A stretch of DNA of 53,261 nt, taken from the IMG/VR virus record IMGVR_UViG_3300025646_000056, positions 1-53,261 of that record. One strand, 5' to 3'. Each line of letters begins with the position of its first letter. Within the stretch, counting starts at the first letter, position 1. This stretch comes from a virus. Taxonomy: Duplodnaviria; Caudoviricetes. The position numbers and the translations under genes were made by a program. The notes under the pieces were generated by a model, which made no database searches, was not told the DNA's origin, and worked only from the letters and a program-made list of their open reading frames with translations. This document shows positions 18,745 to 28,969 of the stretch, piece after piece.

Positions 18745-21174
18745 ATGACCAATCTACAGTTTTCGTTTAATGTATCAGCAGCTCAATCATTTCTTAATGA
18801 TTTTTCATCAAAGAATGATTCTTACTATATGATGATTTCAAGACCTCAAGCATGGGTCAATGATGATATTCCTCCTGCCGTTGTAGATTCGGTTTCTGAA
18901 CAAGTTGACTTGTGGAAAAACTGTATTGCTGCCAAGAAAATAAATTCAGAGAATGTTCGTCTTGTAATAGACAGACATGACTGGGAATCTGGTGCTGTGT
19001 ATTCGCAGTTTTCTGATATTCAGGAAATTTTTAGATCCGTCACATACGATAATCAACCATTTTATGTAATGAACTCACAATACAAAGTGTACAAGTGTTT
19101 AGATAATAATGGTGGTTCTCAGTCCACAGTAGAACCAACACACACATACGCTGACATACAAACACCAGGCGCAGACGGATATGTGTGGCAATTCATGTAT
19201 CAATTATCAGAAAGTGATTTTGATTTTGTAACCGATGGATTTATCCCAGTTTCTCTTGCTGGATCTACCACTAAAATCGGAACCATTGAATACTTGCAAA
19301 GAGAAGTTCAAGAAAATGCAAGAGGTGGTGCTATATTTAATGTGAGGGTAAATCAGACAGGAAGTTACTGGCAAGATGCTAGAATATTAAAAGGTGGAAA
19401 GACTGTCGAAGATTTCTTCGTAAAACACAAAATAACAAACATAGAAAATGATCAAGAGTATTATGTAAATTCCGAGGGAGTGACATATGATGTCGCTAGG
19501 TTCTCAGCTGCTGGAATGAATTCTTTTTCTAAAGACTATTATCGTGGTTGGGCAATCACAGATTATGACATGGGTACATCGACGGGTGTTCCAAGCTTCG
19601 ATTATAGTGTCATTGGTTACTATAAGAAAATAATTGGAAACAGTGGTGATTTTGTTTACACGTCTCGATTCGAATCTGATCCAGAAACAACTCAAGGGTA
19701 TTATAATATAGTTCCTTATGTTTTCATTACAAACGGAACAGGTTCAACTCAAGAAACGAATGTAATCGTGGCTCCTGTGTTTGATGATGTTGTTGGTTCT
19801 ACTGATACTAGTTTAATACGAGACAACGAATTAACTGTGTTAGAATCTAAAAAGATAACTAGAGTCAGAACACTAGATCCCGGATCCGATGTGTATCAAC
19901 CTTTTGTTTTGGTGTCCCCTACACCTTCGGGATTAAATTCCGGTGCAGGGTTCAATGCTGACGCATTTGCTTCTCCGCTAGGTGGTCATGGATCAAATGC
20001 GGTGGAAGAATTGGGTGCAAATAAAGTAATGATTCGAGTTCTTCTCAAAGGTTCAGAATCAGGAGCTTTTGATGTTCAAAATGATTTTAGACAATTCTCT
20101 ATTATAAAAAACCCTCACAATTCAGGATGGACTTCAGATGTGGTCGAAGGTTCTGTTGCGGGTTCAAAGACACCAGACTATACAATATTGAATGTGAGAA
20201 ATGATCTGAATACCGTTTTGATTGATATGGCTAGCACATTACAACACTCACAAAGTGCCTTCACTATAGGTCAAAAAGTCCATCAGGGAGAATATAGCCT
20301 TAATCAAGCACGGGGAACAGTTTTGAAATGGATAGGAGGAGTCGCTGGACAACTCACACTATCGGTTGATAATGGAAAATTTAGAAGTTGTACACCTGAA
20401 GAGATTTCAACAACATCTGGTAGAATCTTTTATGGCGAAACAACAGGAACCGCCTATACAGGAGGAAGTGCTGGACCTTTTGGTGGATTTATTGATTCGG
20501 TCGTAACCAACAAATCTTTTGTGAATCAATCTTACCCAGAAGGATCTCTGGTATATGGTCTTGATTCTGGTTCTACAGGAAAGGTAGTATCATGGAGATC
20601 AGAATCTGACGGGGAACGAGGAACTTTAACTCTTCGAAATGTTGTTGGAGATTTTATTCCTCCAAGAGTAGCACTAGGAACCCAGTTGGACGGTGAACCA
20701 GTTTTTGGTTTTAGTGTCTCCTCAAATGGAAACTATAGCATATCAAATACACCGGTTTCAGTTATCACTAAGATAACCAAAGAACCAGTCACAGTTGATG
20801 AATCACATCGTCTCACCAAAAAGATTACATCGTTCTTTTCAGATCCAACATTCCAGTTAACTCCAAGTTTATTGGATCAACCATTGAAGAAGGAAAATGG
20901 TGTTTTCAACTCTACAATCGTGAGTATGAATTATACTGATGGAGTTACCTCTGGTGTTGATGGAAGTACGGTAGATTTTTATGTGACTTCAGTTTCTGGG
21001 TCATTAACAGGAGGGGATGTTTTAAATCTTTCTGGATTTACATCCTCATACATTTCAGGTTTAGAACCCGAATTTTTACCATACACCGGACAAGTGTTAT
21101 ACATAGAGAATGTAAGACCTGTACAAAGAAACTCAGATCAAGACGAAGAAATCAAACTCGTCATTGACTTCTAA
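18745..21174 (+). CDS. g8: baseplate wedge subunit gp8
   Basis: FYVMNSQYKVYKCLDNNGG, DGYVWQFMY, GGHGSNAVEELGA, NDFRQFSIIKNP, GQVLYIENVRP..R..DQDEEIKLVIDF. Confidence 0.93.
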   Translation: MTNLQFSFNVSAAQSFLNDFSSKNDSYYMMISRPQAWVNDDIPPAVVDSVSEQVDLWKNCIAAKKINSENVRLVIDRHDWESGAVYSQFSDIQEIFRSVTYDNQPFYVMNSQYKVYKCLDNNGGSQSTVEPTHTYADIQTPGADGYVWQFMYQLSESDFDFVTDGFIPVSLAGSTTKIGTIEYLQREVQENARGGAIFNVRVNQTGSYWQDARILKGGKTVEDFFVKHKITNIENDQEYYVNSEGVTYDVARFSAAGMNSFSKDYYRGWAITDYDMGTSTGVPSFDYSVIGYYKKIIGNSGDFVYTSRFESDPETTQGYYNIVPYVFITNGTGSTQETNVIVAPVFDDVVGSTDTSLIRDNELTVLESKKITRVRTLDPGSDVYQPFVLVSPTPSGLNSGAGFNADAFASPLGGHGSNAVEELGANKVMIRVLLKGSESGAFDVQNDFRQFSIIKNPHNSGWTSDVVEGSVAGSKTPDYTILNVRNDLNTVLIDMASTLQHSQSAFTIGQKVHQGEYSLNQARGTVLKWIGGVAGQLTLSVDNGKFRSCTPEEISTTSGRIFYGETTGTAYTGGSAGPFGGFIDSVVTNKSFVNQSYPEGSLVYGLDSGSTGKVVSWRSESDGERGTLTLRNVVGDFIPPRVALGTQLDGEPVFGFSVSSNGNYSISNTPVSVITKITKEPVTVDESHRLTKKITSFFSDPTFQLTPSLLDQPLKKENGVFNSTIVSMNYTDGVTSGVDGSTVDFYVTSVSGSLTGGDVLNLSGFTSSYISGLEPEFLPYTGQVLYIENVRPVQRNSDQDEEIKLVIDF

Positions 21175-21188
21175 GGAGCGAGATAAAT

Positions 21189-24100
21189 ATGCCTTCATAC
21201 GATCCAGACCTGACATCAGGTGATCCATACTACGACGATTTCGATGGTACTAAAAATTATCTGAAAATTTTGTTCAAGCCTGGATTTGCTGTTCAAGCTA
21301 GAGAACTTACTCAACTCCAAACGGTCTTACAAACACAAATCGAAAGATTTGGAAACTTTGTATTTAAAAATGGAACTCCTGTTTACGGATCTGGTCTTAC
21401 AGAAAAAAGCATATCTTTCGTCAGAGCTCAAAGTCTATCTGATGCGAATGTTTCTGCAATCGTTGGTGATGTTGTAACTGGAACCGGAGACAAGGCAAAT
21501 CTTCGTGCAAAGGTAATCAAGGCGGAAACTGGTTTATCATCTGGATCAGATACATTCCCAGTATTATTTTTGCAGTATCTAAGTGGTGGTGGTACAGCTG
21601 GAGATTTCTTCACGATCAACGATGAAGTATACAGTGAAAATCAAGATATATCATTCAATGTGAAAGAAAATGAAAATGATCTGATTGCTGCGACAGGCGA
21701 TGCACTGGCATGCTCTATTGACTCTGGTATATTTTATGTTGATGGATTCTTCGTTTATATAAATCCACAGACTGCAATCCCATACAGACTTTCTGAAGAA
21801 AATGAAATTGAAAAACCATCAGCGTTAGAAATTGGGTTCGAGTCTGGAGCTCCCGATGGCGTTCGATTATACCAGTACCCAACCAACAGAGTTGGTCTTC
21901 AGATTAACAAACAAGTTATTGATGCGTTCGATGATGCTACACTAACAGACCCATCTCGCGGATCTTATAACTATTCGGCGCCTGGTGCGGATCGGTATCA
22001 AGTTGATCCAGTGTTCACTTCCAAAGTATTGAACATAACAACAAACACCCCAAGTGAATTTATTGATGAAGATTTTGTCGATGTCCTTCGAGTCGAAAAT
22101 GGAATTGTTACCAGACGATACAACAGAACAGAACTTTCAGGTTTAGAAGATACTCTTGCAAGACGAACATATGATGAGTCTGGAAATTATACGGTAAGAC
22201 CTTTTAATGCAAGTGTATTGAATCATCTTAGAACTGACAAATATCAAGTTGATGTTACACTTACATCGATAAGTGAAATATTCTCTCAGGGTGACATTAT
22301 CTTTGGTTCTGGTTCTACCGCAGAAGTTCTTGATGTTCTTGATCGAACAAACTATGTCGGTGCAACAGCCCAACGACTCATTGTTGACATGCAAACTGGT
22401 CGGTTCGATGAACAAGACACCATAGTTGAAACTGGAGTTTCTCCTGCAGCGGGTGGTGTGATGACCAAGGTACAATTCCTTCCAGATGCGACTGGTGTAT
22501 ATTCTACAGAGCAAGGAGGAACGGCTGATAAACTAGCGGTTTCCATTAACCCAGGCAAAGCATATGTTTTCGGTTACGAGTTCGAAACACAATCCCCAAC
22601 CAACATCGAAACAGATAGAGCAAGAACAGATGATTCTCTCCAAGGAATCGATCTAAATGCTATTGTTGGTAATGCGATGATTGCAGAAACCGATTACCTC
22701 CCTGCAAACGATGAAGCTATCAAATATTCAGGAAACAGATTTGACAACTATCCGTTTGACAATACAACAACAATTCTCGGAGCTGCTGGTCCATTTAGTT
22801 ACAACAATTTCCCGCAGGTTGATTTGAAATCAGATTATGTTCAAATCAATATTCCATATAGAGCAAATGAATCTGCTAGAGCAAAGATCAATTACTGGGC
22901 TCCTCTTTTTGCCACCGAACACAATGCAAACTACGATAGCGCTTTGGTTCTTAGTAATTTTTCTTCAGCAACTCTTGCATCCTCATCCGATTCTCTGGTA
23001 GTTGGTCAAAACTCTGGAGCATATTACTTACCAACAGTAGCCACTGATGGCGGATATTCTACGATTGGTCAAGGTGTTGATTTTGCTCCAAATGAAAAAC
23101 TCGACAGGTATTTGCAGAAAATAGTTTTTAGTGAAGGTTATAGAAGTACCGCTAGGTATTCAACCTTTAGGGGACTAGATCATGCTGCTGATGCTGGTTA
23201 TAACCAGATTTATGGTGATTTTATGGGTGAGGTCGCAGAACAAGGAGCTACCTGTGCTGCCCTTCGACAGATTTTCTTAGGAAACATAGATCAAAGCGTG
23301 GGTGAAGGTGTTGGTCCAAGTGCATATCTTAGATCAGCTGGTATTGCAAGAAGATGGATTCCAGCAGGAACTGTTGCGAATAGAAGAAATAGTTCATTGA
23401 TAATTCAGTCTGCTGGTCCTGGCGGATTTTCCAAGGCCGGAAATGTTATTCAACAGGGATGGGCTGGTATCTCTGGAACCACTCAGAATTGTACCCCAAA
23501 TGCTTACGGATCTAGTATTCGAAGCATCGTGAACAAAAGCGTTTATGCGATTCGAGTGGGGGATGGATATCAAAACGATAGTGTACCATACAACGAAACA
23601 TTAAACTTTGCTGTTGGTGAAGTCGTCAGACAATTCCAATATGGTGTTACGAACGATGCCTCAGCTGGTGGATTTGAAATAGCTGGAGGTTTGTATACAA
23701 ATCCAAATGATCTCCAAGAAGCAATCGGTGAAGTTCTCGCATGGGTATTGACTTCTTCTGGACCTGTAGTTTACATTGAGCTCGTATCTGGAGATGTTCC
23801 ATTCTTACCAACATGCGGGTTTAATTCGTCTTCATATCCCGGAATCATTCCGACATCATTCAAAACATCATGCCCTAATAAATTTGTTGGGTTTATTGAC
23901 AGTGTTTCAACTGAAATTCCAGAAAACGGTGGGGAAACAATCGATTATGTATTGACGTATGGAGCAATTGATGGAACAGATCAAACTCTTGACGTTCAAG
24001 AAATTATTTTCGATGCGGACGATAACGGAATTTTACAAAACGGTTATTTGAATCTGATGCAAGATGATGTGATCGATGGTATTCCCAATTCAGATTTTAA

Positions 24101-27100
24101 TCCGGGTTCACCTGCAATATCTGGGAAGACGGTAGAAGGAATTGTAGAAGACGGATATGTTTCTGACAATTACAAGCATGGACAATATGTTCTTCAGTTC
24201 ACATATAATGACTGGGTTGACACAGTTTTGTCTTATGATGATTATATCAATAACGCGGATATAATCAACAAGGGCGTGGTTGTAAGTTGGGATCCAAGTC
24301 AGAACAAATTAATCACATCACTGTGTGATGGATTCCAAGGATTCCAAAGAGATTTAGGTTACATCTTTGGTCTATACGATCACACATGCGACAATAAGTT
24401 TGTTGCTTATGGTGCAAATGGAATTGCTTCGAACTCTACCGTTCTTTCAGACTTTTCAGCGATAGTCGATCTCAAGGACACATATAATGTAACAACGAAA
24501 AACTTTGTAGGGTTTGGAAGTTATATCGAAGGCGAAACCGCTTCTCAGTTGTTACAGTCCAAGAGTAATTTTGTCCCAGGCCGTTACTATACCGTCGGCG
24601 AATCTGTTGTTCAAGCTGTACCGGGTGGAACTCCAACTGGGTATGCAACTGGTGTGGTTGAATCCTTTTCTGCTAGGGATTTAGGAAATTCTGGTGACAC
24701 TCAAGACACTGTTCTTCTTATAAAGACCAATCCGGGTCCAACATTTGAAGTTGGATTTAATGCCTCTGGAATATTGGAAGGTACTGTTTCAAACGGGGTT
24801 TATGTTAAGAGTCCTACTGGTAGGATTACAACAAACACAAGTGCGTATGGATTAAGTAAATCATTCTTTAGTGGTCATCTGGGAACAGGTGGAAATTCTT
24901 CAGACCAATACTACAAAAACGTGCCAGTAACAATAGGTAACGCAAGAATTAGACAGATCCGTGAACTGTCAAACGATGCACACATAGTATCTTTCTTTGA
25001 TGTAAATATGTTCAACAAGAGAGAAAATAAGAGTTTCTTCTTGAGTGAAACAAAGAGTGTCTACTATGGATACGCTAAGAATTCTGATGCAGTTGGTCCC
25101 GACAACACATTTGGCGGCAAACTTTTCGATATACATCCAAATTATCTTGGTAGAGTTTATAACCCAGATAAAACTTCATTAATGTTTGAGGTTCCTGTCG
25201 GTGATGTTGTGAAGTCTATAAATTCTATGGACTACAGAGCGATTAAAGAATTTACAATAGACTTTGGTGTAAATACAGAAACGTCGATTTCGAGTGGAAA
25301 TTCTCTTCTTAGATTTGTGGGCGGAGGAAGTTCTGGTGGTGTGGTTGACGGTGTTGACCTGAACAATTACATCATGATAGACAACGACGGAAAGATCATG
25401 GATCTTCTTTCTGATGCGTTCACTCTTCGAACCAACAATACAGATTTTGGTGATTTTGGAAAACTTACCATCACCAAAAATCAAGGCGGTGGTACTGGAA
25501 CATTCCCAACAACAACTCGATTCTCCTTGATTGCTTCTCTGGATGTTAACCCAGGCGAAAATATTCAATCAAGTCCAATTCGATTCAAGAAACTGAAAGA
25601 ATTCACAGAAACATTTGCTTCTGGTGATATTAAAACAACCAAGGATGGACAAAAATACTTCGAGTTGTCAAATAATGATATCTATAGTTTCATCGATGCT
25701 TATGATAATGGTGTGGGACTTACCGCAGATGTTTACGACAAATTCACTCTTGACAATGGCCAGAGAGATAATCTGTACACAAGAGGTAGACTATATCTAA
25801 TCAACAATGGTCTTTCTGATTTTGGTTCAACAACAGATGTATCATTTGGAAATGCTAATTTTGTAACACCAGTAGAAGTGACATATCGTTACTTTGAACA
25901 CAGTGGAGTTGGTCCTTTCGTTGCCGAATCGTATATTAACGAAACTCCTCAACAATCTGACGAGTTGAAATTCACATTCGATGATATTCCAGTTTATGTT
26001 TCTCCAAATTCAGGAGAAGTTACTCGTCTGAATAAGGTAGTAGACTTCAGGCCATCGTTTAACGGTACAAACTTCACCGATGTTTTCCTACCAGCAAGTG
26101 GTCAAGCATTCAATATATCATACTCATACTACCTGCCTCGAATTGACCGGTTGGTGGTTACAAGAGATAAAAACTTTAAGATCATTAAGGGTGTTCCGGC
26201 TCTTGATCCGAAATCACCAGACGATGTAGTTGATGCGATGGAACTCTACAAATTCTATATTCCTGCTTACACATATAATCCAAAGGATGTCGTTTCCAAG
26301 TTCATAGAGAACAAACGATTCACAATGAGGGATATTGGTAAGTTGGAGAAGAGAATCGAAGAGATTGAATACTTCAGTACCCTTTCATCTCTCGAACGAG
26401 AAACAGAAGCCTTGTTTGTGAAAGATGCGAATGGTAACGATAGATTCAAGAATGGAATTATTGTAGATCAATTCACTGGTCACGATATTGGTGATGTTCA
26501 AAATCCAGATTACAATATCTCGATCGATTTTGAGAATCAAGAATTGCACCCACCATTCTCCTCAAGAAATGTTGACTTTGATGTTCTCACCCTCAACAGT
26601 TTGCATAAGACAACAGACAATCTAGTCATGTTGCCGTTTACAACCGAAACTCTGATCACTCAACCACTTGCAACCAATACTGCAAACTTGAATACATTCG
26701 GAGCACTGAACTGGTTGGGTCAAGTTGTTCTCGATCCACCTCTCGATAACTGGTACGATCTGAACCAAAATCCAGATGTTCTAATCAACGTCGAAGGCGA
26801 AAACGATGCTTGGGAGAACTTAGGATCCAAAGCATTCGGAACTAAGTGGAACGATTGGCAGTCGTCTTGGTCTGGTGTCGAATCAAGAATCGATAAGGCA
26901 AAACTGCCAAGCAAGGACAAATCCAAGAGAGTAACAAAAACAACTGTTCAGAAAGATCGAAACGGAATTACAAACAAAGCAGTTCCTGACAGAGTTCTAA
27001 ACAAAGTCGGAAACAGAATAGTTGATACGAGTATCATTCCATTCGTTCGTTCAAGAACGGTAAACGTGACAGCTACAAACATGCGACCCAACACAAGGGT

Positions 27101-28748
27101 TTATGTTTTCTTTGATGGTGTTGATGTAAGTGAACATTGTACCTTTGTCAAGTCTTCTCAGACTGTAAGACTGATTGACGAACCACTAATCACAGATTCA
27201 AATGGTGATATCAATAAGTCTGTTCAACTTAAGTTTACAATTCCCGCTGGTCAATTCCGAACAGGAAAGAAATTACTGAGACTAACCGATAGTCCTTCAA
27301 ATGCAGTATCTTCTACAAAGACAGCCGCAGAAACTATTTACTCTGCACAAGGAATCGTAGACTCTGACGATTTGACCTCAATCGCAACTCGTTTGCCTCA
27401 TATCGTAAGAAACGGCGTAAATGAAGATAGAATTCTAACAACTGAAGGGTCAAGAATTGCAAGAGATCCTCTTGCTCAAACATTCAAGATCATGGAATCT
27501 CTTTACCCTGAAGGTGTGTATGTCAGGAGCGTATCAGTTTACTTCAAGAAGAAGTCATCAACCCTTCCTGTCACTCTCCAACTTCGTCCTACGATCAATG
27601 GATATCCAAACAGCAATACAGTGTATCCTTTCGCAGAAGCCGTGAAAAAGGCTTCGGAAGTTAATGTAAGTGAAACACCTGATGTTGCTGATATTGGAAG
27701 TGCAACAACATTCACTTTCTCTTCACCTGTTCATCTTCTGCCAGGAGAACACTCTATTGTTCTTCTCTCAAACAGTGATGAATACGAAACATACATTTCA
27801 ATCATGGGTGAGAACCAAATCGGTACAGAAATTCCAGTAACGGAACAACCAAACACAGGTGTTCTTTATCGATCACAAAACGCTGGAACATGGGCGGCTG
27901 ACAAGAACGCCGATCTCATGTTCAAGATCGAGAAATGTGTGTTCGATTCTTCTGGACTCAATACTCTGACCCTCAAGGAAAGAAAGGGTTCTGATAACTA
28001 CACAGGATCAGTAAAGATAGACTCGTTCAATCTGAATGCAGGAGTAATCAACTGGCCAAGTTCACGCTACGAACTCAAAATGCGATTTACTCCAAACAGC
28101 GCACTCAATGTTTCTGCTTCCAGTACGGAATATCCTGTAACAGTGAACGAAACAGTTTCTCTTCGTGAATCTAAGAAGGTAAATCTTGCAAATGCGGATA
28201 CCAACAACACCTTGATTCTAAATGCTTATATAATCGGAGAAAGTTCTGATGTTTCTCCCGTCTTTGATTTGAATAGAGCTTCTTTGGTGTGTGTAGAAAA
28301 TAGAATCGAAGGAAATAAGGACACATCTAGAGGTGGTCAAGGATATAACGGAGAACTTGACGCGAAGGCTCCTCCGATATTAAGTGGGTCCGTGCCAAGA
28401 GCAAGATATATCACTCGACAAGTAAACCTCGAATCTGGTTTTGGTTCTTCGAATGTCAAAGTTATTCTGAATCAATATAAACCAACTGGTTCTGATATAC
28501 AAGTATTCGTGAAACAACAAGCAGAAGGAGATGACACTCCATTCGAAAATGCCGAATACCTAAAACTGACTCCAAATTATACAGAAAACTTGGATGGATA
28601 TCGTCAAGTCGAATACACACTGGACGAAGATTTAGCAGAACCAATGGGTCGATTTGCAATCAAAGTTTGTTTGTATGCTGACGGAGCTCCTGTGAATACT
28701 GCGGTAGTCCCACTAGTCAAAGATATGAGAGTGATTGCGTTAGCATGA
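21189..28748 (+). CDS. large baseplate/tail structural protein (VrlC / DUF4815-like)
   Basis: PYYDDFD..ILFKPGFAVQARELTQLQT, APGADR, LARRTYDESGNY, NKRFTMRDIGKLEKRI..EYFSTLS.LE, RFKNGIIVDQF, DPLAQTF, KDMRVIALA. Confidence 0.9.
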   Translation: MPSYDPDLTSGDPYYDDFDGTKNYLKILFKPGFAVQARELTQLQTVLQTQIERFGNFVFKNGTPVYGSGLTEKSISFVRAQSLSDANVSAIVGDVVTGTGDKANLRAKVIKAETGLSSGSDTFPVLFLQYLSGGGTAGDFFTINDEVYSENQDISFNVKENENDLIAATGDALACSIDSGIFYVDGFFVYINPQTAIPYRLSEENEIEKPSALEIGFESGAPDGVRLYQYPTNRVGLQINKQVIDAFDDATLTDPSRGSYNYSAPGADRYQVDPVFTSKVLNITTNTPSEFIDEDFVDVLRVENGIVTRRYNRTELSGLEDTLARRTYDESGNYTVRPFNASVLNHLRTDKYQVDVTLTSISEIFSQGDIIFGSGSTAEVLDVLDRTNYVGATAQRLIVDMQTGRFDEQDTIVETGVSPAAGGVMTKVQFLPDATGVYSTEQGGTADKLAVSINPGKAYVFGYEFETQSPTNIETDRARTDDSLQGIDLNAIVGNAMIAETDYLPANDEAIKYSGNRFDNYPFDNTTTILGAAGPFSYNNFPQVDLKSDYVQINIPYRANESARAKINYWAPLFATEHNANYDSALVLSNFSSATLASSSDSLVVGQNSGAYYLPTVATDGGYSTIGQGVDFAPNEKLDRYLQKIVFSEGYRSTARYSTFRGLDHAADAGYNQIYGDFMGEVAEQGATCAALRQIFLGNIDQSVGEGVGPSAYLRSAGIARRWIPAGTVANRRNSSLIIQSAGPGGFSKAGNVIQQGWAGISGTTQNCTPNAYGSSIRSIVNKSVYAIRVGDGYQNDSVPYNETLNFAVGEVVRQFQYGVTNDASAGGFEIAGGLYTNPNDLQEAIGEVLAWVLTSSGPVVYIELVSGDVPFLPTCGFNSSSYPGIIPTSFKTSCPNKFVGFIDSVSTEIPENGGETIDYVLTYGAIDGTDQTLDVQEIIFDADDNGILQNGYLNLMQDDVIDGIPNSDFNPGSPAISGKTVEGIVEDGYVSDNYKHGQYVLQFTYNDWVDTVLSYDDYINNADIINKGVVVSWDPSQNKLITSLCDGFQGFQRDLGYIFGLYDHTCDNKFVAYGANGIASNSTVLSDFSAIVDLKDTYNVTTKNFVGFGSYIEGETASQLLQSKSNFVPGRYYTVGESVVQAVPGGTPTGYATGVVESFSARDLGNSGDTQDTVLLIKTNPGPTFEVGFNASGILEGTVSNGVYVKSPTGRITTNTSAYGLSKSFFSGHLGTGGNSSDQYYKNVPVTIGNARIRQIRELSNDAHIVSFFDVNMFNKRENKSFFLSETKSVYYGYAKNSDAVGPDNTFGGKLFDIHPNYLGRVYNPDKTSLMFEVPVGDVVKSINSMDYRAIKEFTIDFGVNTETSISSGNSLLRFVGGGSSGGVVDGVDLNNYIMIDNDGKIMDLLSDAFTLRTNNTDFGDFGKLTITKNQGGGTGTFPTTTRFSLIASLDVNPGENIQSSPIRFKKLKEFTETFASGDIKTTKDGQKYFELSNNDIYSFIDAYDNGVGLTADVYDKFTLDNGQRDNLYTRGRLYLINNGLSDFGSTTDVSFGNANFVTPVEVTYRYFEHSGVGPFVAESYINETPQQSDELKFTFDDIPVYVSPNSGEVTRLNKVVDFRPSFNGTNFTDVFLPASGQAFNISYSYYLPRIDRLVVTRDKNFKIIKGVPALDPKSPDDVVDAMELYKFYIPAYTYNPKDVVSKFIENKRFTMRDIGKLEKRIEEIEYFSTLSSLERETEALFVKDANGNDRFKNGIIVDQFTGHDIGDVQNPDYNISIDFENQELHPPFSSRNVDFDVLTLNSLHKTTDNLVMLPFTTETLITQPLATNTANLNTFGALNWLGQVVLDPPLDNWYDLNQNPDVLINVEGENDAWENLGSKAFGTKWNDWQSSWSGVESRIDKAKLPSKDKSKRVTKTTVQKDRNGITNKAVPDRVLNKVGNRIVDTSIIPFVRSRTVNVTATNMRPNTRVYVFFDGVDVSEHCTFVKSSQTVRLIDEPLITDSNGDINKSVQLKFTIPAGQFRTGKKLLRLTDSPSNAVSSTKTAAETIYSAQGIVDSDDLTSIATRLPHIVRNGVNEDRILTTEGSRIARDPLAQTFKIMESLYPEGVYVRSVSVYFKKKSSTLPVTLQLRPTINGYPNSNTVYPFAEAVKKASEVNVSETPDVADIGSATTFTFSSPVHLLPGEHSIVLLSNSDEYETYISIMGENQIGTEIPVTEQPNTGVLYRSQNAGTWAADKNADLMFKIEKCVFDSSGLNTLTLKERKGSDNYTGSVKIDSFNLNAGVINWPSSRYELKMRFTPNSALNVSASSTEYPVTVNETVSLRESKKVNLANADTNNTLILNAYIIGESSDVSPVFDLNRASLVCVENRIEGNKDTSRGGQGYNGELDAKAPPILSGSVPRARYITRQVNLESGFGSSNVKVILNQYKPTGSDIQVFVKQQAEGDDTPFENAEYLKLTPNYTENLDGYRQVEYTLDEDLAEPMGRFAIKVCLYADGAPVNTAVVPLVKDMRVIALA

Positions 28749-28969
28749 CACATAAAAACTTCATAAATATCGAAGGTAGAACTGATTTGAAAAGAGATCC
28801 AAATTCTAAAGCCATTTTATCAAACAACAAAGATGCGTTTCTAGCCTATCAGGAAAAAAAGAAACAACAAGAAGAGTTGCAAAAAATAAAAGAAGAACAA
28901 GGATTTCTTCGTGAAGAACTCAATGAAATAAAAAATCTTTTACAGATATTGACCAGAGGAATTAACTGA
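28745..28969 (+). CDS. conserved small coiled-coil protein following the VrlC-like gene
   Basis: IEG..DLKRDPNSKAIL..ELNEIKNLL; ATGA overlap with the upstream gene. Confidence 0.8.
   Translation: MTHKNFINIEGRTDLKRDPNSKAILSNNKDAFLAYQEKKKQQEELQKIKEEQGFLREELNEIKNLLQILTRGIN

Noticed and set aside
15376-20510. g7/g8 repeats as a diversity-generating retroelement template/variable pair
   Set aside because: Similarity is mostly at protein level with synonymous divergence, not adenine-specific; no reverse transcriptase in the window
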